A DNA stretch of 64,000 nucleotides from positions 1,054,001 through 1,118,000 of the forward strand of contig AP039689.1 of NCBI GenBank assembly GCA_051599415.1. Direction: 5' to 3'. The notes beneath the pieces were generated by a model. The model searched no databases. It was given only the letters and a program-made list of their open reading frames with translations, and had not been told where the DNA came from. Shown here in pieces: positions 1 to 11,048 of this stretch (position 1 is the stretch's first letter; each line of letters starts with the position of its first letter). The DNA is from Savitreella phatthalungensis (taxonomy: Eukaryota). A program made the translations under genes and the position numbers.

Positions 1-325
1 TGGCCAATGAACTTGAATAATATTCCATTGAGAAACTTGCAGAAATTTGCAATAAATGCATATGTACGTACATACACATGCGTGTACTGCGTGCGCCTGG
101 ATATATCGATTGGAATCAATGATCAGATCGATCTCTGTTGAAGAACAATACAGCTAGCTCGACATGCACGGGATACCTACTACGCCTTGCAAACTTCAAT
201 TGATGTCAATCAATGCACGAAAACATCAGGCTGCCGTTGACCGTCTTGGTTCAAGAAGTCCCCGTGATTGTTCCTAGGCGACACGAGGCAGCGTCGACCG
301 GATCACCGGCGTGGTTCCTACATTG

Positions 326-1027
326 ATGGGCAACGATGGAGGATCTATTCCCGGTAGAAGTGATCTCGTAAGGTTCAGTGATAGTAGCGCGCGCGCCAAA
401 AGACGCGCCAACTTGGACAGGGATGATTTGCACTATGCTTGGAAATTCTGTAGACTGTCCGGTGCTGCACTGAGAGCGCCACTTGTAAGCGATGCATTCG
501 GCTGTCTCTACAACAAAGAGGCTGTTCTCTCAGCGCTGCTGGGAGAGACCTCGGATAGTTCAAACGAATTGAAGCACATTCGAGGACTGCGCGATATAGT
601 GGATATCCGGCCCGGTGTCGGCAAGACTGACTTGTCCGATGACGAAGCAGGTTTCATTTGTGAAGCGACGGGCAAGGCTATGGACGGTAACACACGCTTT
701 GCATACTTGGCCAGGTGTGGTCATGCCTTTGCCACCGAGGCGTTGGCAATGGGAGATCGGTCGCTTTGCCTGATCTGTAACAAACGGTACGATGAGGCGC
801 TCGACCTCGTACATCTCAATCCTGATCGCAGTGACGAAAAAGCTCAAACAAGAAACGAAGTGCGCTTGGCGAACCTTGCCTCGGTGGGGCTGTCGCACAA
901 CATGACGAGGACTAGAACGACAAAGGATACGAAGAAGGCGAAGAAACGCAAATTCGACAAGGACGATCTCGAGAGCGAGGAACAAAAGCGACCGAAACAT
1001 CCATCAAAGACGATATACGCATCATGA
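326..1027 (+). CDS. RTF2: Replication termination factor 2 (Rtf2) family, degenerate RING
   Basis: Begins with the family signature MGNDGGSIP (ATG at 326). Also has GCLYNKEAVL, FICEATG, CGHAF and CLIC motifs and a Lys-rich tail. Confidence 0.93.
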   Translation: MGNDGGSIPGRSDLVRFSDSSARAKRRANLDRDDLHYAWKFCRLSGAALRAPLVSDAFGCLYNKEAVLSALLGETSDSSNELKHIRGLRDIVDIRPGVGKTDLSDDEAGFICEATGKAMDGNTRFAYLARCGHAFATEALAMGDRSLCLICNKRYDEALDLVHLNPDRSDEKAQTRNEVRLANLASVGLSHNMTRTRTTKDTKKAKKRKFDKDDLESEEQKRPKHPSKTIYAS

Positions 1028-1042
1028 TACATTCATCAGCAT

Positions 1043-2941
1043 TCAAGAGAGCTGTTCATCAAGCTCGTCCATGTTCTCAACAGTCTCCTTTACAAGCTGT
1101 GAGGCTTTGTTGTCAAGGTTGACGGCGATAGTGAAATGTTTCATGGCGGAATGCTTGTCTCCCAGCTGCTTATAGAGTTTGCCAAGCAAATAGTGAACGT
1201 TCGCTTCCTCGGGCGCCAGCTCTCGCAGGATGTGCAGGTCGTTCATGGCCTGCGTGTAATCTCTCGCGAGCATCAGAGCCTTCGCTTTCTTGAAGCGAGC
1301 GAGTGCGTTCGTGGGAGCCAGTTCGCAAGCCAGGATGTACATATCAAGTGCTTCATTATGCCTTTGCTGTCGCTCGAGAACAATCCCTCGGCAACAGACG
1401 AGCACAGCATTCGTGGGGTTGATCTGAGCGGCCTTGTCAAAGTGCAAGTGTGCCTGCTCGTTGAGACCTGTCTTCATATACGTCATACCAAGTCCGTACC
1501 AAGCATTGTAGTGAAGCCCATCACATCGCAGAGCTCGACGGAAAGAAGCATGCGCTCTGTCAAAGTCCTCCATCGCAGCATACTCATGACCCTCTAGAGT
1601 ATGAGCGTAAGCGAAAGCATCGTCGAGCTCAATTGCGCGTCGTACGCATCGCAATGCTTGTTCGTGTTCCCGCTGCAATGAGAAGCAATTGGCTAAGACA
1701 CACCAGGCCTGAGGTGATGTTCGATCGAGATTCATAGCCTCGTGTGCAAGATACGAGAGTTCGACAGGTCTGTCCAGATGCCATAAGCACGTAGAATAGA
1801 GCTCGAGGTCCAAGACCCGGGCTGGAGACACCCGTCGGAGTTGCCGAAAGACCTTTTCCGCGAGTTGGTAGTCAGCCGATTCGTAAGCTGCTCTTGCTTT
1901 GCAGGCCAACACGAAAGGAGACATGCGCTGCGCTTCAGCGACACTGTCAAACAAGCTAATGCTTCTGACGCATTGATACTGTTTCAGGGCGTAGTATGCA
2001 TCGGCGAGTGCTCTCAGAGTGGACATTGGCACATCCAGTGGTGACACATCCGGCACGGGATTGGTGTCTGCCTCATCATCAGCAGGGATCTTGTTTCGTT
2101 TAGCCTCCCGACGATCCCCATTCGATCTCTTCGTGAGACCAGGCAAAAGACGAGAGCTTCGGCGTGTCAAGGAACCTCCCTCTTTGAGTGAAGGAGGCTC
2201 GACTCGACTCAGACCAAATTTTGGAGGCGCAAAGTCGCCGAGGCGAGAGCGAGGGCGAGCGACGGGTAACGCATGCGAAGCCTTGTTCATTTCTGACGGA
2301 GTGTCGGGGCTCATTGATGAATTGTCGAGTAAGACAGGCTTTGCGCCTGTGGGTCTTGTATCGAAGATGTTGGGCGTGGCCTCTGTCATCGCGTCGCGAG
2401 TCTCCTGTCTCTGAGGTCTGATCTGCTGCGATCTCTGAGAGGTCTTGGATGATGAGTTGAAGATGCCGCCAATTTGGATATCGACCCCCAGGGAGAGGAG
2501 TCCTTCAAGAGCTTCCCACATGTATGCGTCTTCCTCAACAGCTCGTGTGTACGCATCGACAGACTGCTGTACCTCCCCATTTGCTTTGTATAAGTGGCCC
2601 AGCATACAATATGCATGGGCTTGGGAAGGGCTGAGGCGCGTAGCCGGCAGCGCGGATGGACGATTCCACAAGCGCCATACCGAGGTAAGAGCTGCTGCGC
2701 CGTCGGTGAACAAGCCTTCCTTTAGTGCTGCGCGCGCATAGATCCAAGCACAGCTGAGATGCTTAGGTGCGTCTCTGAGTAGTACAACCGCTTCCTTTGA
2801 ACGTGAAGCCTCTAGCAAGCACAAACCGTAGAGTGCACGAGATCTGTCTTTGGTTTGATCCTGGTAGAAGAGCCTTTCGCTAAGGAAGACGGCTGACTGG
2901 AAGAATCCTCCATCAAGGGATGACAGTATACTCTGCTCCAT
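1043..2941 (-). CDS. CDC27: Anaphase-promoting complex subunit 3 (Cdc27/Nuc2), TPR protein
   Basis: N-terminal AVFLSERL, then a TPR block with LELYSTCLWHL, SPQAWCVLANCFSLQREHE, AYAHTLEGHE and HYNAWYGLG. Confidence 0.95.
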   Translation of the reverse strand: MEQSILSSLDGGFFQSAVFLSERLFYQDQTKDRSRALYGLCLLEASRSKEAVVLLRDAPKHLSCAWIYARAALKEGLFTDGAAALTSVWRLWNRPSALPATRLSPSQAHAYCMLGHLYKANGEVQQSVDAYTRAVEEDAYMWEALEGLLSLGVDIQIGGIFNSSSKTSQRSQQIRPQRQETRDAMTEATPNIFDTRPTGAKPVLLDNSSMSPDTPSEMNKASHALPVARPRSRLGDFAPPKFGLSRVEPPSLKEGGSLTRRSSRLLPGLTKRSNGDRREAKRNKIPADDEADTNPVPDVSPLDVPMSTLRALADAYYALKQYQCVRSISLFDSVAEAQRMSPFVLACKARAAYESADYQLAEKVFRQLRRVSPARVLDLELYSTCLWHLDRPVELSYLAHEAMNLDRTSPQAWCVLANCFSLQREHEQALRCVRRAIELDDAFAYAHTLEGHEYAAMEDFDRAHASFRRALRCDGLHYNAWYGLGMTYMKTGLNEQAHLHFDKAAQINPTNAVLVCCRGIVLERQQRHNEALDMYILACELAPTNALARFKKAKALMLARDYTQAMNDLHILRELAPEEANVHYLLGKLYKQLGDKHSAMKHFTIAVNLDNKASQLVKETVENMDELDEQLS

Positions 2942-3652
2942 CAGCACAAGCGGATCAAATCCATAAAGTCTTGGACTCTGTTGTCAGACGAGATAACGCA
3001 AACACTTTAGCTGGGAAGATGGACAGCAGTGCAATTCCACCCACGCCTTTCGGTATTCGCCTAGATCCTTCGTGACGGGCAAGGTGTCAGCTTACTTTGC
3101 AAGTTCGAAACACTCAGCCGGCAGAAGGCTCAAGGTTGTTCTGTGTCGAGCTTGGATGAATGAGATTGTTTGTTTGTGGATCCGCATACAATACGAGTAC
3201 AGCACAAGTACGGGTACAGTATGTGATTTCATCGGCTCCAACATTTGTACGTATGCATAAATGCAATCTTCTCGTGTGGTTGGAAGTGGATGCGGTATAG
3301 GCAGTTTGAGAAAGGGTAATTCCATGGGCAGGATTTTCTGCCTGTGGCGGATTTGTGTCGTAAATTATAGATTACAATTAAAATAATAGTGAATCGCATT
3401 TTATCTGTGAGTCTCTTATCGAGATGATGAATTTCAGGCACTTTCTCACTGTAGAGTATAAGGCGGATAGAATCAGCAAATCGCCTAAATTTGGAGGATG
3501 CACGACATGCATGTTGAGTACGAGAATAATTTATGCGATATATCGGATATCGAGGAAGAAGGGAGATCGAGCAATTAGAGAAAATTGATAGGAGAGAGAT
3601 AATACGGAGGTCTTCATGGCGGCGGAAACCGCACTATGCGCTAGGCATCTAT

Positions 3653-4993
3653 TTAGGAGGCGATATAGGTCACAGGTCCTGCAACTGTGTGCAGGTCCAA
3701 CATGGAGGCATTGAATGATGTCAGTCCGAGAGTCGGTGCGATAGCGTCCACCAGAGTCACAAACATCGTGCCTGCAACTTGTGGTTGAGTAGCAATAACG
3801 ACAGAGTTTGAAAGCGAGCGCGCACCCTGAGCGAGCGTACCGTTCTGGAAGTACGATGGCAGTATCGTGTAATTTGGCTGAATGGTCCAACCGGTTGAGT
3901 TGCTGGTCTGGTAGAATGGCGTGTAGGTCGTGTTGAGATGCGAGGTCCATGCAATGAAGGCCGGTGTGGTGACTGAAGCACTTGTCAGATATTGACCGTT
4001 GGGACCGACTGAGAGGCCTGGAGCATCAAAACTAAAGGTGACATTACGGCCAGCCTCGGAAATTGTCCGATTGTATGTGACCGACAAGGAACCATTGAAA
4101 ATCTCGGTCGTGTTGTCGGGCGAGACAATGGACGGTCCATTGGTGGTGCGAAGCGCTGGGAAGTTGCGCCAAGCCAGCTTGCGAGTTCCAAGATTTTGCG
4201 GTGGGCATGAGGTGATATAGGGGGCAAGCTGTGTCCATGCTGAGGACTGAGAGATGCCCGGGCGGAAGTATTCCGCGATTGGAGGAAGGCCTGACGCCTG
4301 ACGGAACCACATTGTTTGTCGGGATTCTGTCACGATGGACTCGAAAAGCAATTGAGCCGTTGCACGGGAGTCCAAACGAGCAATGAAACCTCCGACACCT
4401 GCCTCACCCCAACTTGTAAGCCGCTCGCAGAAATCCAGGTAGCCACGCAAATCTGTTTGTGGCCAATTGTAGCTACATGGGCCAGGTGCACTAGCGCCAA
4501 GCATATTCGTAATCAACGCAGCATGCCCCTGCTCCTGATCTTTGAAGAACTTCAGCACGTCGATGTCACCCTGACCAAGACCGATAGCCTGCCAGTCCGA
4601 CAATGGGTACTGCTCGAGTCCCCAGGCAAATAGAGCTTCTTCTGCCCACTCCTGGTAGAGGGCGACAGAAAGCGATTGGAAATCGAAATCGGTCAGCGGG
4701 TGATAAACCGGCGCGGAACCATTGTTCCCGAAGCCACCTGCAGGCGTGTAAGGCTTGGGCTCGGGCACGGTGAGACTACCATTGGCAGTATAAGTGTAGA
4801 CTAATGGATCACCAAATACATCAGACGGAGGGTTCGCCGAAGCAGTCGTGTTACTTGTCTGGGTTGACGGACCAGGGCCGGGGACAGCGATAACGGAAGA
4901 GGTGAAAGCCGTAGTTGTAGTGGCGCTTGCACTTGCTGATGAGCCAACAGTCTGTGCGATGACCGCATTTGCGAAAGGCAGGAGGATGAGCAT
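3653..4993 (-). CDS. rds1: Secreted ferritin-like domain protein, Rds1 family
   Basis: Signal peptide and S/T-rich N-terminus. PVYHPLTDFDFQSLSVALYQEW, QEQGHA and AWTQLAPYITSCP match fungal Rds1-type proteins. Confidence 0.85.
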   Translation of the reverse strand: MLILLPFANAVIAQTVGSSASASATTTTAFTSSVIAVPGPGPSTQTSNTTASANPPSDVFGDPLVYTYTANGSLTVPEPKPYTPAGGFGNNGSAPVYHPLTDFDFQSLSVALYQEWAEEALFAWGLEQYPLSDWQAIGLGQGDIDVLKFFKDQEQGHAALITNMLGASAPGPCSYNWPQTDLRGYLDFCERLTSWGEAGVGGFIARLDSRATAQLLFESIVTESRQTMWFRQASGLPPIAEYFRPGISQSSAWTQLAPYITSCPPQNLGTRKLAWRNFPALRTTNGPSIVSPDNTTEIFNGSLSVTYNRTISEAGRNVTFSFDAPGLSVGPNGQYLTSASVTTPAFIAWTSHLNTTYTPFYQTSNSTGWTIQPNYTILPSYFQNGTLAQGARSLSNSVVIATQPQVAGTMFVTLVDAIAPTLGLTSFNASMLDLHTVAGPVTYIAS

Positions 4994-6313
4994 GATCGAG
5001 AAAGCGCTTACTCAAGGATTCTCAGGGGTGGACGACGAGTTCATATATGCACTGACTTTACAATCTGATCATTCATGGGGATGACGACGCAGGCTGATCT
5101 CGTATTCTCGGCTTGTCCTGCTAAAGTCCGTCACGTTCCAAGATCACGTTGTCAGTCAGACTGATCGGAATGCAGCGCGCTGATAGTGGCTTCAGCGCGT
5201 CCGCCCAAGTTCTCAGCTGGTACAACTGATTATGATCTTGTTCGGTGAAAGCGTTCCCGTTTCTTGCAGTCGCAAATGCGCCACATGACACGATGGGGTT
5301 TGTGGATCATACGGAAGAAAAGTCTCAAGGTATCTGCTCTGCACAGGGTGTTGCCTACGCAATGCGGTGATTCGACGATCGACACGACAAGCGCATTTTT
5401 TCATTCAAGACTCAGTCTAGCATACATGGAAGACCATGACATTTGCAAAACTCTTTCACAGGCAAAAGGTCATATCGCACAACGTACAGGAGGAGAGGTA
5501 ACGAGCGCGACATTTACGATAGATCCTTCGAAACCAGGAGGCAAGATAATTGGCAGGGCGCCAAACGTCATTGCTTCCGAGGCTTTGTCAAAAGCCCGTA
5601 CTCACAGCTAGCTGGATATAGACTTGTAAAAGCTCGAGTTAGAGATTCGGAGCGATGTATTTGCATCGCTGAAGATCTTACAAGGTGCCGTGCGTCATAG
5701 AATCTTTGCATTTCAGTTTCATTTCATCTTGGACCGTGTAAGTGGCTTGCAAGTGCATACGAAAAGATCGGAGAATTTAAGCGACCAGATGGTCCAATTT
5801 GGTTCTGATCCTACTCCATTTCTGACTGCACTGAATTGACTTCAGTTCCTCGCCCATTGAAGGTTGATGTGATCGACGGAATTTTAGCCAACTTTCGGGA
5901 TGAATACTCGCTACCTGACGACCAATGATCGAAGCGTGAAAAAGGTTCCTTTCTCCCCACGTATCAAGGTAAACGATGTATCCAGTTATGTCAGAGTTCC
6001 ACATTCACAAACTCGAACTATACGGTATAATCGAATGTTCTTTTTTTAGAACTAACTGAAAAAGACGTATACGACATGACGCAATACAATAGAAGATGCC
6101 ACTCGACCCTCAAGATCCAAAGCCCCAAATCGTCTGTAGGAGAATATTCGGTCCACGTGTACCGGTGTGTATTGACGTGTACCGAGAGACGTGGTTGAGC
6201 CTGATGGACTCGATCTTGCAGCATCGTTCGCACAGCGTCTCATGACATAAATGACATGATGAACTGGAATTGCATGTATTGCTGTTATCTTCGAAGGAAT
6301 GCATTTCAGGCTA

Positions 6314-7027
6314 CTAGAGTCGGCACTGTACCTTCACCAGGGAGCCAGGCAGACCCGGAGGCGCGAGCTCGTCTGGCGATCTCATGGTTGCTCCTAACAC
6401 ACTGCCACACGCACCCCAGCTAGCAAATTGCGCGTTCCGAAGGTCGTTCAATGTCAGCTGAGCAGCCGATGTCAAGGTGCGAACGTCGCGGTCAGCCGCG
6501 AACGGCTGTTGCGATGCCAGCAGCTGCGGAGGCGAGCCATCACGGAAGCCTGTTTGCTGCGCTGTCACTTGGTCAATTTGCGCGATCGCCCCCATAGCCT
6601 GCCCAATCGCCGAACCTGAGTCTTCGAAGGTTGCGACGTCCGCCTGATCGAAGCGCTGCCCGACACGCAGAGTGCTACTGCGACTCAGAATCGGCGAGAT
6701 CGTGTTCATCGCCTTGACTGCCGCGGCTGCGATTGCCTCCAGAGGGGTGGAGCGCGTGCGGCTGAACAGTTTATCTACCACAGACGACGTACGTCGCCAT
6801 TGAGCAGCCATGCGATTGATCGCCTGCACGCATACGTCCGACGCCCCGCGATCCAAGAGTTGCTGGTTCGCCAGGGCGACAGCTCGTGCATCGAGATTTG
6901 GCAGTTGACCTGTGATCTGCTTGATTTGCAGAAAGCGCGGTGCTGCGCTGACAGCGTTAGGCTGTATCTGTTGCGCAGACGTGAGAGAGATCGACGCTGC
7001 GACGAAGCACAAGGGAGTGACCAGCAT
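6314..7027 (-). CDS. Hypothetical secreted protein, 237 aa
   Basis: Uninterrupted ORF with an ATG and signal peptide MLVTPLCFVAASISLTSA|QQ. Ala/Gln-rich; no recognised domain. Confidence 0.7.
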   Translation of the reverse strand: MLVTPLCFVAASISLTSAQQIQPNAVSAAPRFLQIKQITGQLPNLDARAVALANQQLLDRGASDVCVQAINRMAAQWRRTSSVVDKLFSRTRSTPLEAIAAAAVKAMNTISPILSRSSTLRVGQRFDQADVATFEDSGSAIGQAMGAIAQIDQVTAQQTGFRDGSPPQLLASQQPFAADRDVRTLTSAAQLTLNDLRNAQFASWGACGSVLGATMRSPDELAPPGLPGSLVKVQCRL

Positions 7028-7153
7028 TTGAAAGTGCCTGCATCCTGTCGAAGCGGTCTACGAAGCTTCATATAGAGGGCATCATTCATCTGACACCGAT
7101 CGAGTTCCGCTTGTGGACCTTCACAACCATTAGCTCTCTGACAAACGCTGGGT

Positions 7154-8374
7154 TCAGGTGTCTTGGCGACCGCGTTCCAAGAGATTCTTGAAGAATTGTG
7201 AAACGACTTCGTCTCGCGTAGCTTTGGACTTTGCCGGGGATGTGTTTGATAAGTCAAGCTCAGAGCTGGCGAAGCGGGAACCGCCTAGACCACGAAGTTT
7301 TTCAGCAATGAGCTCTGTCTCGTTGTCGAGCTCATCCGGACCGCTACCGAGCGGCCCAAGAATTGCTGAGACGTTCGACTTACCGGTCGATGCGGTGCTC
7401 AGCATTGTGGAGCGCGCGTCATTCTGCACACCTGTCTTGCCATACTTGTCATAAAGCCGGTTCACGAAATCGCGATAAGTGACAAGCTCTACGCGGCGTT
7501 CGGGAACGAATTGAGGCGCTTCTGCTGGTCGAATAGGATTGAGTGTAGCTTGCCAGTCGTCGAGTAAGGCACTTGCATCGCCAGCCAAACCTGTGTTCCA
7601 GAGGAGCACCGCTTGCTCGACGTCGAATCGTTCTGAGATAGTTTTTATCTTCCCTGCGGTATCCCAACCTTCTGGCACAAGTATCTGCTCTTGCTCAATC
7701 GTTTCCGCAGGAGCGTTGTCTGCAGTGAGTCCGCGTGCTGATGCTACGTCCGCTGGGCAGAAGGCTAGCACAATAATTACGAATGTGTTTTCTTCCGTGC
7801 CGGGATGGGCCAATGACTGATACGACAGGCTACAGCGACGTACCATGCTCACCGTGCGGAGCATTTGCTGAACGTAGTCAAAATGCTGCAACGTCAAGCC
7901 GTGCTGAGCTTCCCACCGCCTCATTTGTTCGGCGTGTTGGCAAACAATAGCGACCGACACATCATGCGGTAAACACCTCAGCCAGCTGACCAGCGTCTCT
8001 GGCCACGACCACAGATCGTTCCAGTCGAGAAGTATGATTGCGCTGGCCTCGCCTTGTGCTTTGTCTCGGACCAGTGTATCGATGATGGTCTCCGAATCTC
8101 GCAGTAGGCGAGGCAATGAGAAAATGCTGAACAGAGCAAGCTCTTCCTTGTCCTTGTCAAGAAGCGAGGTGGACACCTGGAAGAACGGAGCACGCCCTGA
8201 TGGGAATGATGTGTCGTCAATGTCCACATGCGAGGCTCGGCGTATCAATCCACGGCAGAAATCCCTATTGTCATTTGCACCTCCACCAAGCACGATTATA
8301 GTGCGTTCGGGGATTGGCTTGACCTCTCTTCTGGCGCCATGAAGGATGTCGCTCCACTGTATCCTTTCAGTCAT
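7154..8374 (-). CDS. Cytoplasmic dynein light intermediate chain
   Basis: N-terminal WSDIL, degenerate P-loop, IILLDWNDLWSW, HFDYVQQMLRT, ILVPEGWDTAGKI and C-terminal EVVSQFFKNLL helix. Confidence 0.85.
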   Translation of the reverse strand: MTERIQWSDILHGARREVKPIPERTIIVLGGGANDNRDFCRGLIRRASHVDIDDTSFPSGRAPFFQVSTSLLDKDKEELALFSIFSLPRLLRDSETIIDTLVRDKAQGEASAIILLDWNDLWSWPETLVSWLRCLPHDVSVAIVCQHAEQMRRWEAQHGLTLQHFDYVQQMLRTVSMVRRCSLSYQSLAHPGTEENTFVIIVLAFCPADVASARGLTADNAPAETIEQEQILVPEGWDTAGKIKTISERFDVEQAVLLWNTGLAGDASALLDDWQATLNPIRPAEAPQFVPERRVELVTYRDFVNRLYDKYGKTGVQNDARSTMLSTASTGKSNVSAILGPLGSGPDELDNETELIAEKLRGLGGSRFASSELDLSNTSPAKSKATRDEVVSQFFKNLLERGRQDT

Positions 8375-8531
8375 GGGCGAGCTCTAGCTCGCTGCTCTGC
8401 TGACAACGCAGATCCTGTCAGCAACGCTTGGTGAACGCGCGCGTTTTCAGCAATATCAAAATAGTATCACACCTCAGACGACAAAAATAGAAGCGCACGA
8501 CTCGGAAAACTTCCGTCTTAGTTTGAGCTTC

Positions 8532-9670
8532 ATGTCTTTCAATGAGGAGGCCGTCAAGGCTAAGCTGGCTGCCGTAGATGGTACACAGGAATCCATCATG
8601 TCCATTGGGCAGTGTACGAGATCCATCAAATGTATCTTCAGCGCTGACCAACAGGGCTACTCTTTCATCGACGTCACGCTAATGCGATTGTGAAATGCTG
8701 GCACGATGGTCTAGCAGAAGGTGAGTTCGTACCTGCGGCGTATATGGACGGGGACTGACTTTGTCCAGCGTCATCTAACCGCAAATTGAACCTGATATAC
8801 CTCGCGAATGAGGTTGCACAGCAGAGCAAGGCTAAGCGGCGGACCGAGTATCCGGAGGCTTTCGGTGGGGTGATGGCACATGCAGTCCAGCATGTCATGC
8901 GGCATGTGACCGCCGATGTGCAGGGCAAGATCAGGCGGGTCGTGGATGTCTGGCGACAGCGCAATGTCTTCTCCGTTGATGTTCTCCAAGCGATCGACAA
9001 CGCCGTCCAAGCATCCAGCTCAAGTCGAACGGGCAGTCGAGCTGCCTCGAAGGGTAGCGGGACGCAGGGTCTTACAGTCCCGAGCGAGTTGCGGGCACTG
9101 GCGGAGAGCTACAAGACGCTATCAGAACTTATGTCGTCCATGTCATTGGCCTCCGGCACGACGGAGATTCTGCTATCGACGGCTGAGGAGGGCGTTGGCG
9201 ATAGTTCGCCCCAAGACACTCTTACGAAACTCGACCAGGTTGATGCATCGCTTTCGAACGTACGCAAGATTGTCGAAGAAGCCATAGCGACACGGACAAA
9301 GGTCATCGACCATCTACAAACACTAATACAAACCAACTATGCCGCTGAAGAAGCACAGAGCAATACATCCCAATCCCTAGAAAAGATCGCCGGCCGGGTA
9401 GCTACGCTCAGAGCGCAAGCAACGGAGCAGAATGCGCGGTCAACTACGCCAGAAATGGAGCCACCGACGATAGAGGCTCTGACGCCTCCGCCAGGCCCGA
9501 TAGTTCCTGCAGCAGACGATCCGGCATCGCGCATGGAGGTGGAGATGGGCCCAGATCTCGCTGCCATTCTATCAAAAATCACACCCACTAGTACCATCGT
9601 TCCTGATGGGACAGACCACCATGATGGTGTTGGCGCTGGAGATGTTGATGAAGATGCGTACGTCCCATAG
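8532..9670 (+). CDS. RTT103: CTD-interacting-domain protein Rtt103/RPRD1 (spliced)
   Basis: Exons 8532-8613, 8655-8720 and 8769-9670. Introns are GTACGA..CTGAC..CAG (41 nt) and GTGAGT..CTGAC..CAG (48 nt). Spliced N-terminus MSFNEEAVKAKL..TQESIMSIGQWLLFHRRHA..RKLNLIYLANEVAQQSK is a CID. Confidence 0.92.
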
Positions 9671-9729
9671 TGGCTGATAGGCATGAATTGTAAACTCCTG
9701 ACGAGGAACATCAGACAACAGGATTTCTC

Positions 9730-10431
9730 CTATAAGGTACTGCCGATCTGGAGCATCTCTTGTCGTTCGTCCCAAACATTCAGCCCCGAACAAGTGCAGA
9801 CTGTCTTGGTGTTCTCCCAAGCGCCTGCAGACCGCGCCACAACGCCGGAGAGACTTTCTGTATCGCGATTGCGCGCCTTGACGACGAGGGCACGGCCGAT
9901 TATCTCCCAGATGCGCACATTCTGCATCTCAAGCAGGGTCTGGCCCCTGCCGTTGTCATCCACATCGACGCTACCGACAACGCCTCGCTCCCAGACCGGA
10001 CCTGCTGACGTTTCGCCCTGTCTGACGTCTCCGAGCGCGTGTATACATGCATCGTAGGTTCCTTTGGGAAGACCTTTGATAGTCAGGTCGCACAGGGTCA
10101 GCTGGGAGGACGCTTCGACCAAGCGAGCGAGACCAAAGACGTTGGTATTGAGATACTTATCGCCATGCTTCTCCAAGATTGCTACTGCAGCCGTGTCAGG
10201 ATTGCCGAGACCTCGGACGATCGCCGTTCTCCCGAGCTCCTGAAACTTCTTCGCCGTCACTGCAGGGCTGGCTGAGCCTTCAACAAAAACTGTTTTCTTT
10301 TCAAGGTTGATGGAGTACCTCTCCACTCCCGGTGTGTCCGCGAGCATGCGAGAGATCGAATCGACACATCCTTGGCATGTCATGGACACCATGAACTCTG
10401 TCTTGTTGGGTGTTAGCAGCAAGCCCGGCAT
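9730..10431 (-). CDS. CCS1: Copper chaperone for superoxide dismutase
   Basis: HMA domain with MTCQGC, SOD-like middle domain, and GVVARSAGAWENTKTVCTCSG with the CxC motif. Start placed at MPGLLL. Confidence 0.94.
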   Translation of the reverse strand: MPGLLLTPNKTEFMVSMTCQGCVDSISRMLADTPGVERYSINLEKKTVFVEGSASPAVTAKKFQELGRTAIVRGLGNPDTAAVAILEKHGDKYLNTNVFGLARLVEASSQLTLCDLTIKGLPKGTYDACIHALGDVRQGETSAGPVWERGVVGSVDVDDNGRGQTLLEMQNVRIWEIIGRALVVKARNRDTESLSGVVARSAGAWENTKTVCTCSGLNVWDERQEMLQIGSTL

Positions 10432-11018
10432 GGATGTATGTGGAGGGACAAAGCTGGATCGACAAGTGGACTTACAGAGAAGCTCATGATCTCGACAGAA
10501 GGAGAGCGTATATATATGCAATGTGAGGTAGCCGGAATCCGGACGAGGTTGAATAGGATATGAGGCAATTAACCGTAAAGGTAAGTGAGCGAGCAAATAA
10601 GTGCGCAGTTGCGTGACTTTGCAGCGTGGTGTCGGTGAGCGCCCACTTCGCCCGATTCGACGGAACGATCAACCTGTAGGGTTTTGACTGTCTACGTTTG
10701 AGGCTAGCGATGGATCCTGATACGATGCTCGAGCAGTCCCGTGTGAGGTATGGTCAAATGAGCGAGTTCGAATGTTCGTAACATCCTTACCATGAACTTG
10801 ATAGATTGATCGGTGCATTCGTTAAACAATTAACTGCACTGCAGATGCCGTTGATGGAAGCTGCGCCCGACATGAATATGATCGAATGCATGCATCCATG
10901 CACACGTATGACACCCCACACTGTGTTCATGCATGCAATGCATGGATTGTGAAAAACGTTCATCAACTGCTGTCATGAAGAAACTATTTCACTATAGTTT
11001 CGTGTCATTAGCTACATA

Positions 11019-11048
11019 CCTCTAGCTCAATTACCTCTAGCCCAATTA
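11019..11048. repeat. 15-bp direct tandem repeat, 2 copies
   Basis: CCTCTAGCTCAATTA followed by CCTCTAGCCCAATTA (1 mismatch), in the CCS1/lectin divergent intergenic region. Confidence 0.7.

Noticed and set aside
3423..3520. Box C-like ATGATGA suggesting a C/D snoRNA
   Set aside because: No matching box D CTGA or terminal stem at a suitable distance.
10760..10780. GTTCGAAT tRNA T-loop-like string (a similar one lies near 52467)
   Set aside because: Flanks do not form a T-stem or cloverleaf.
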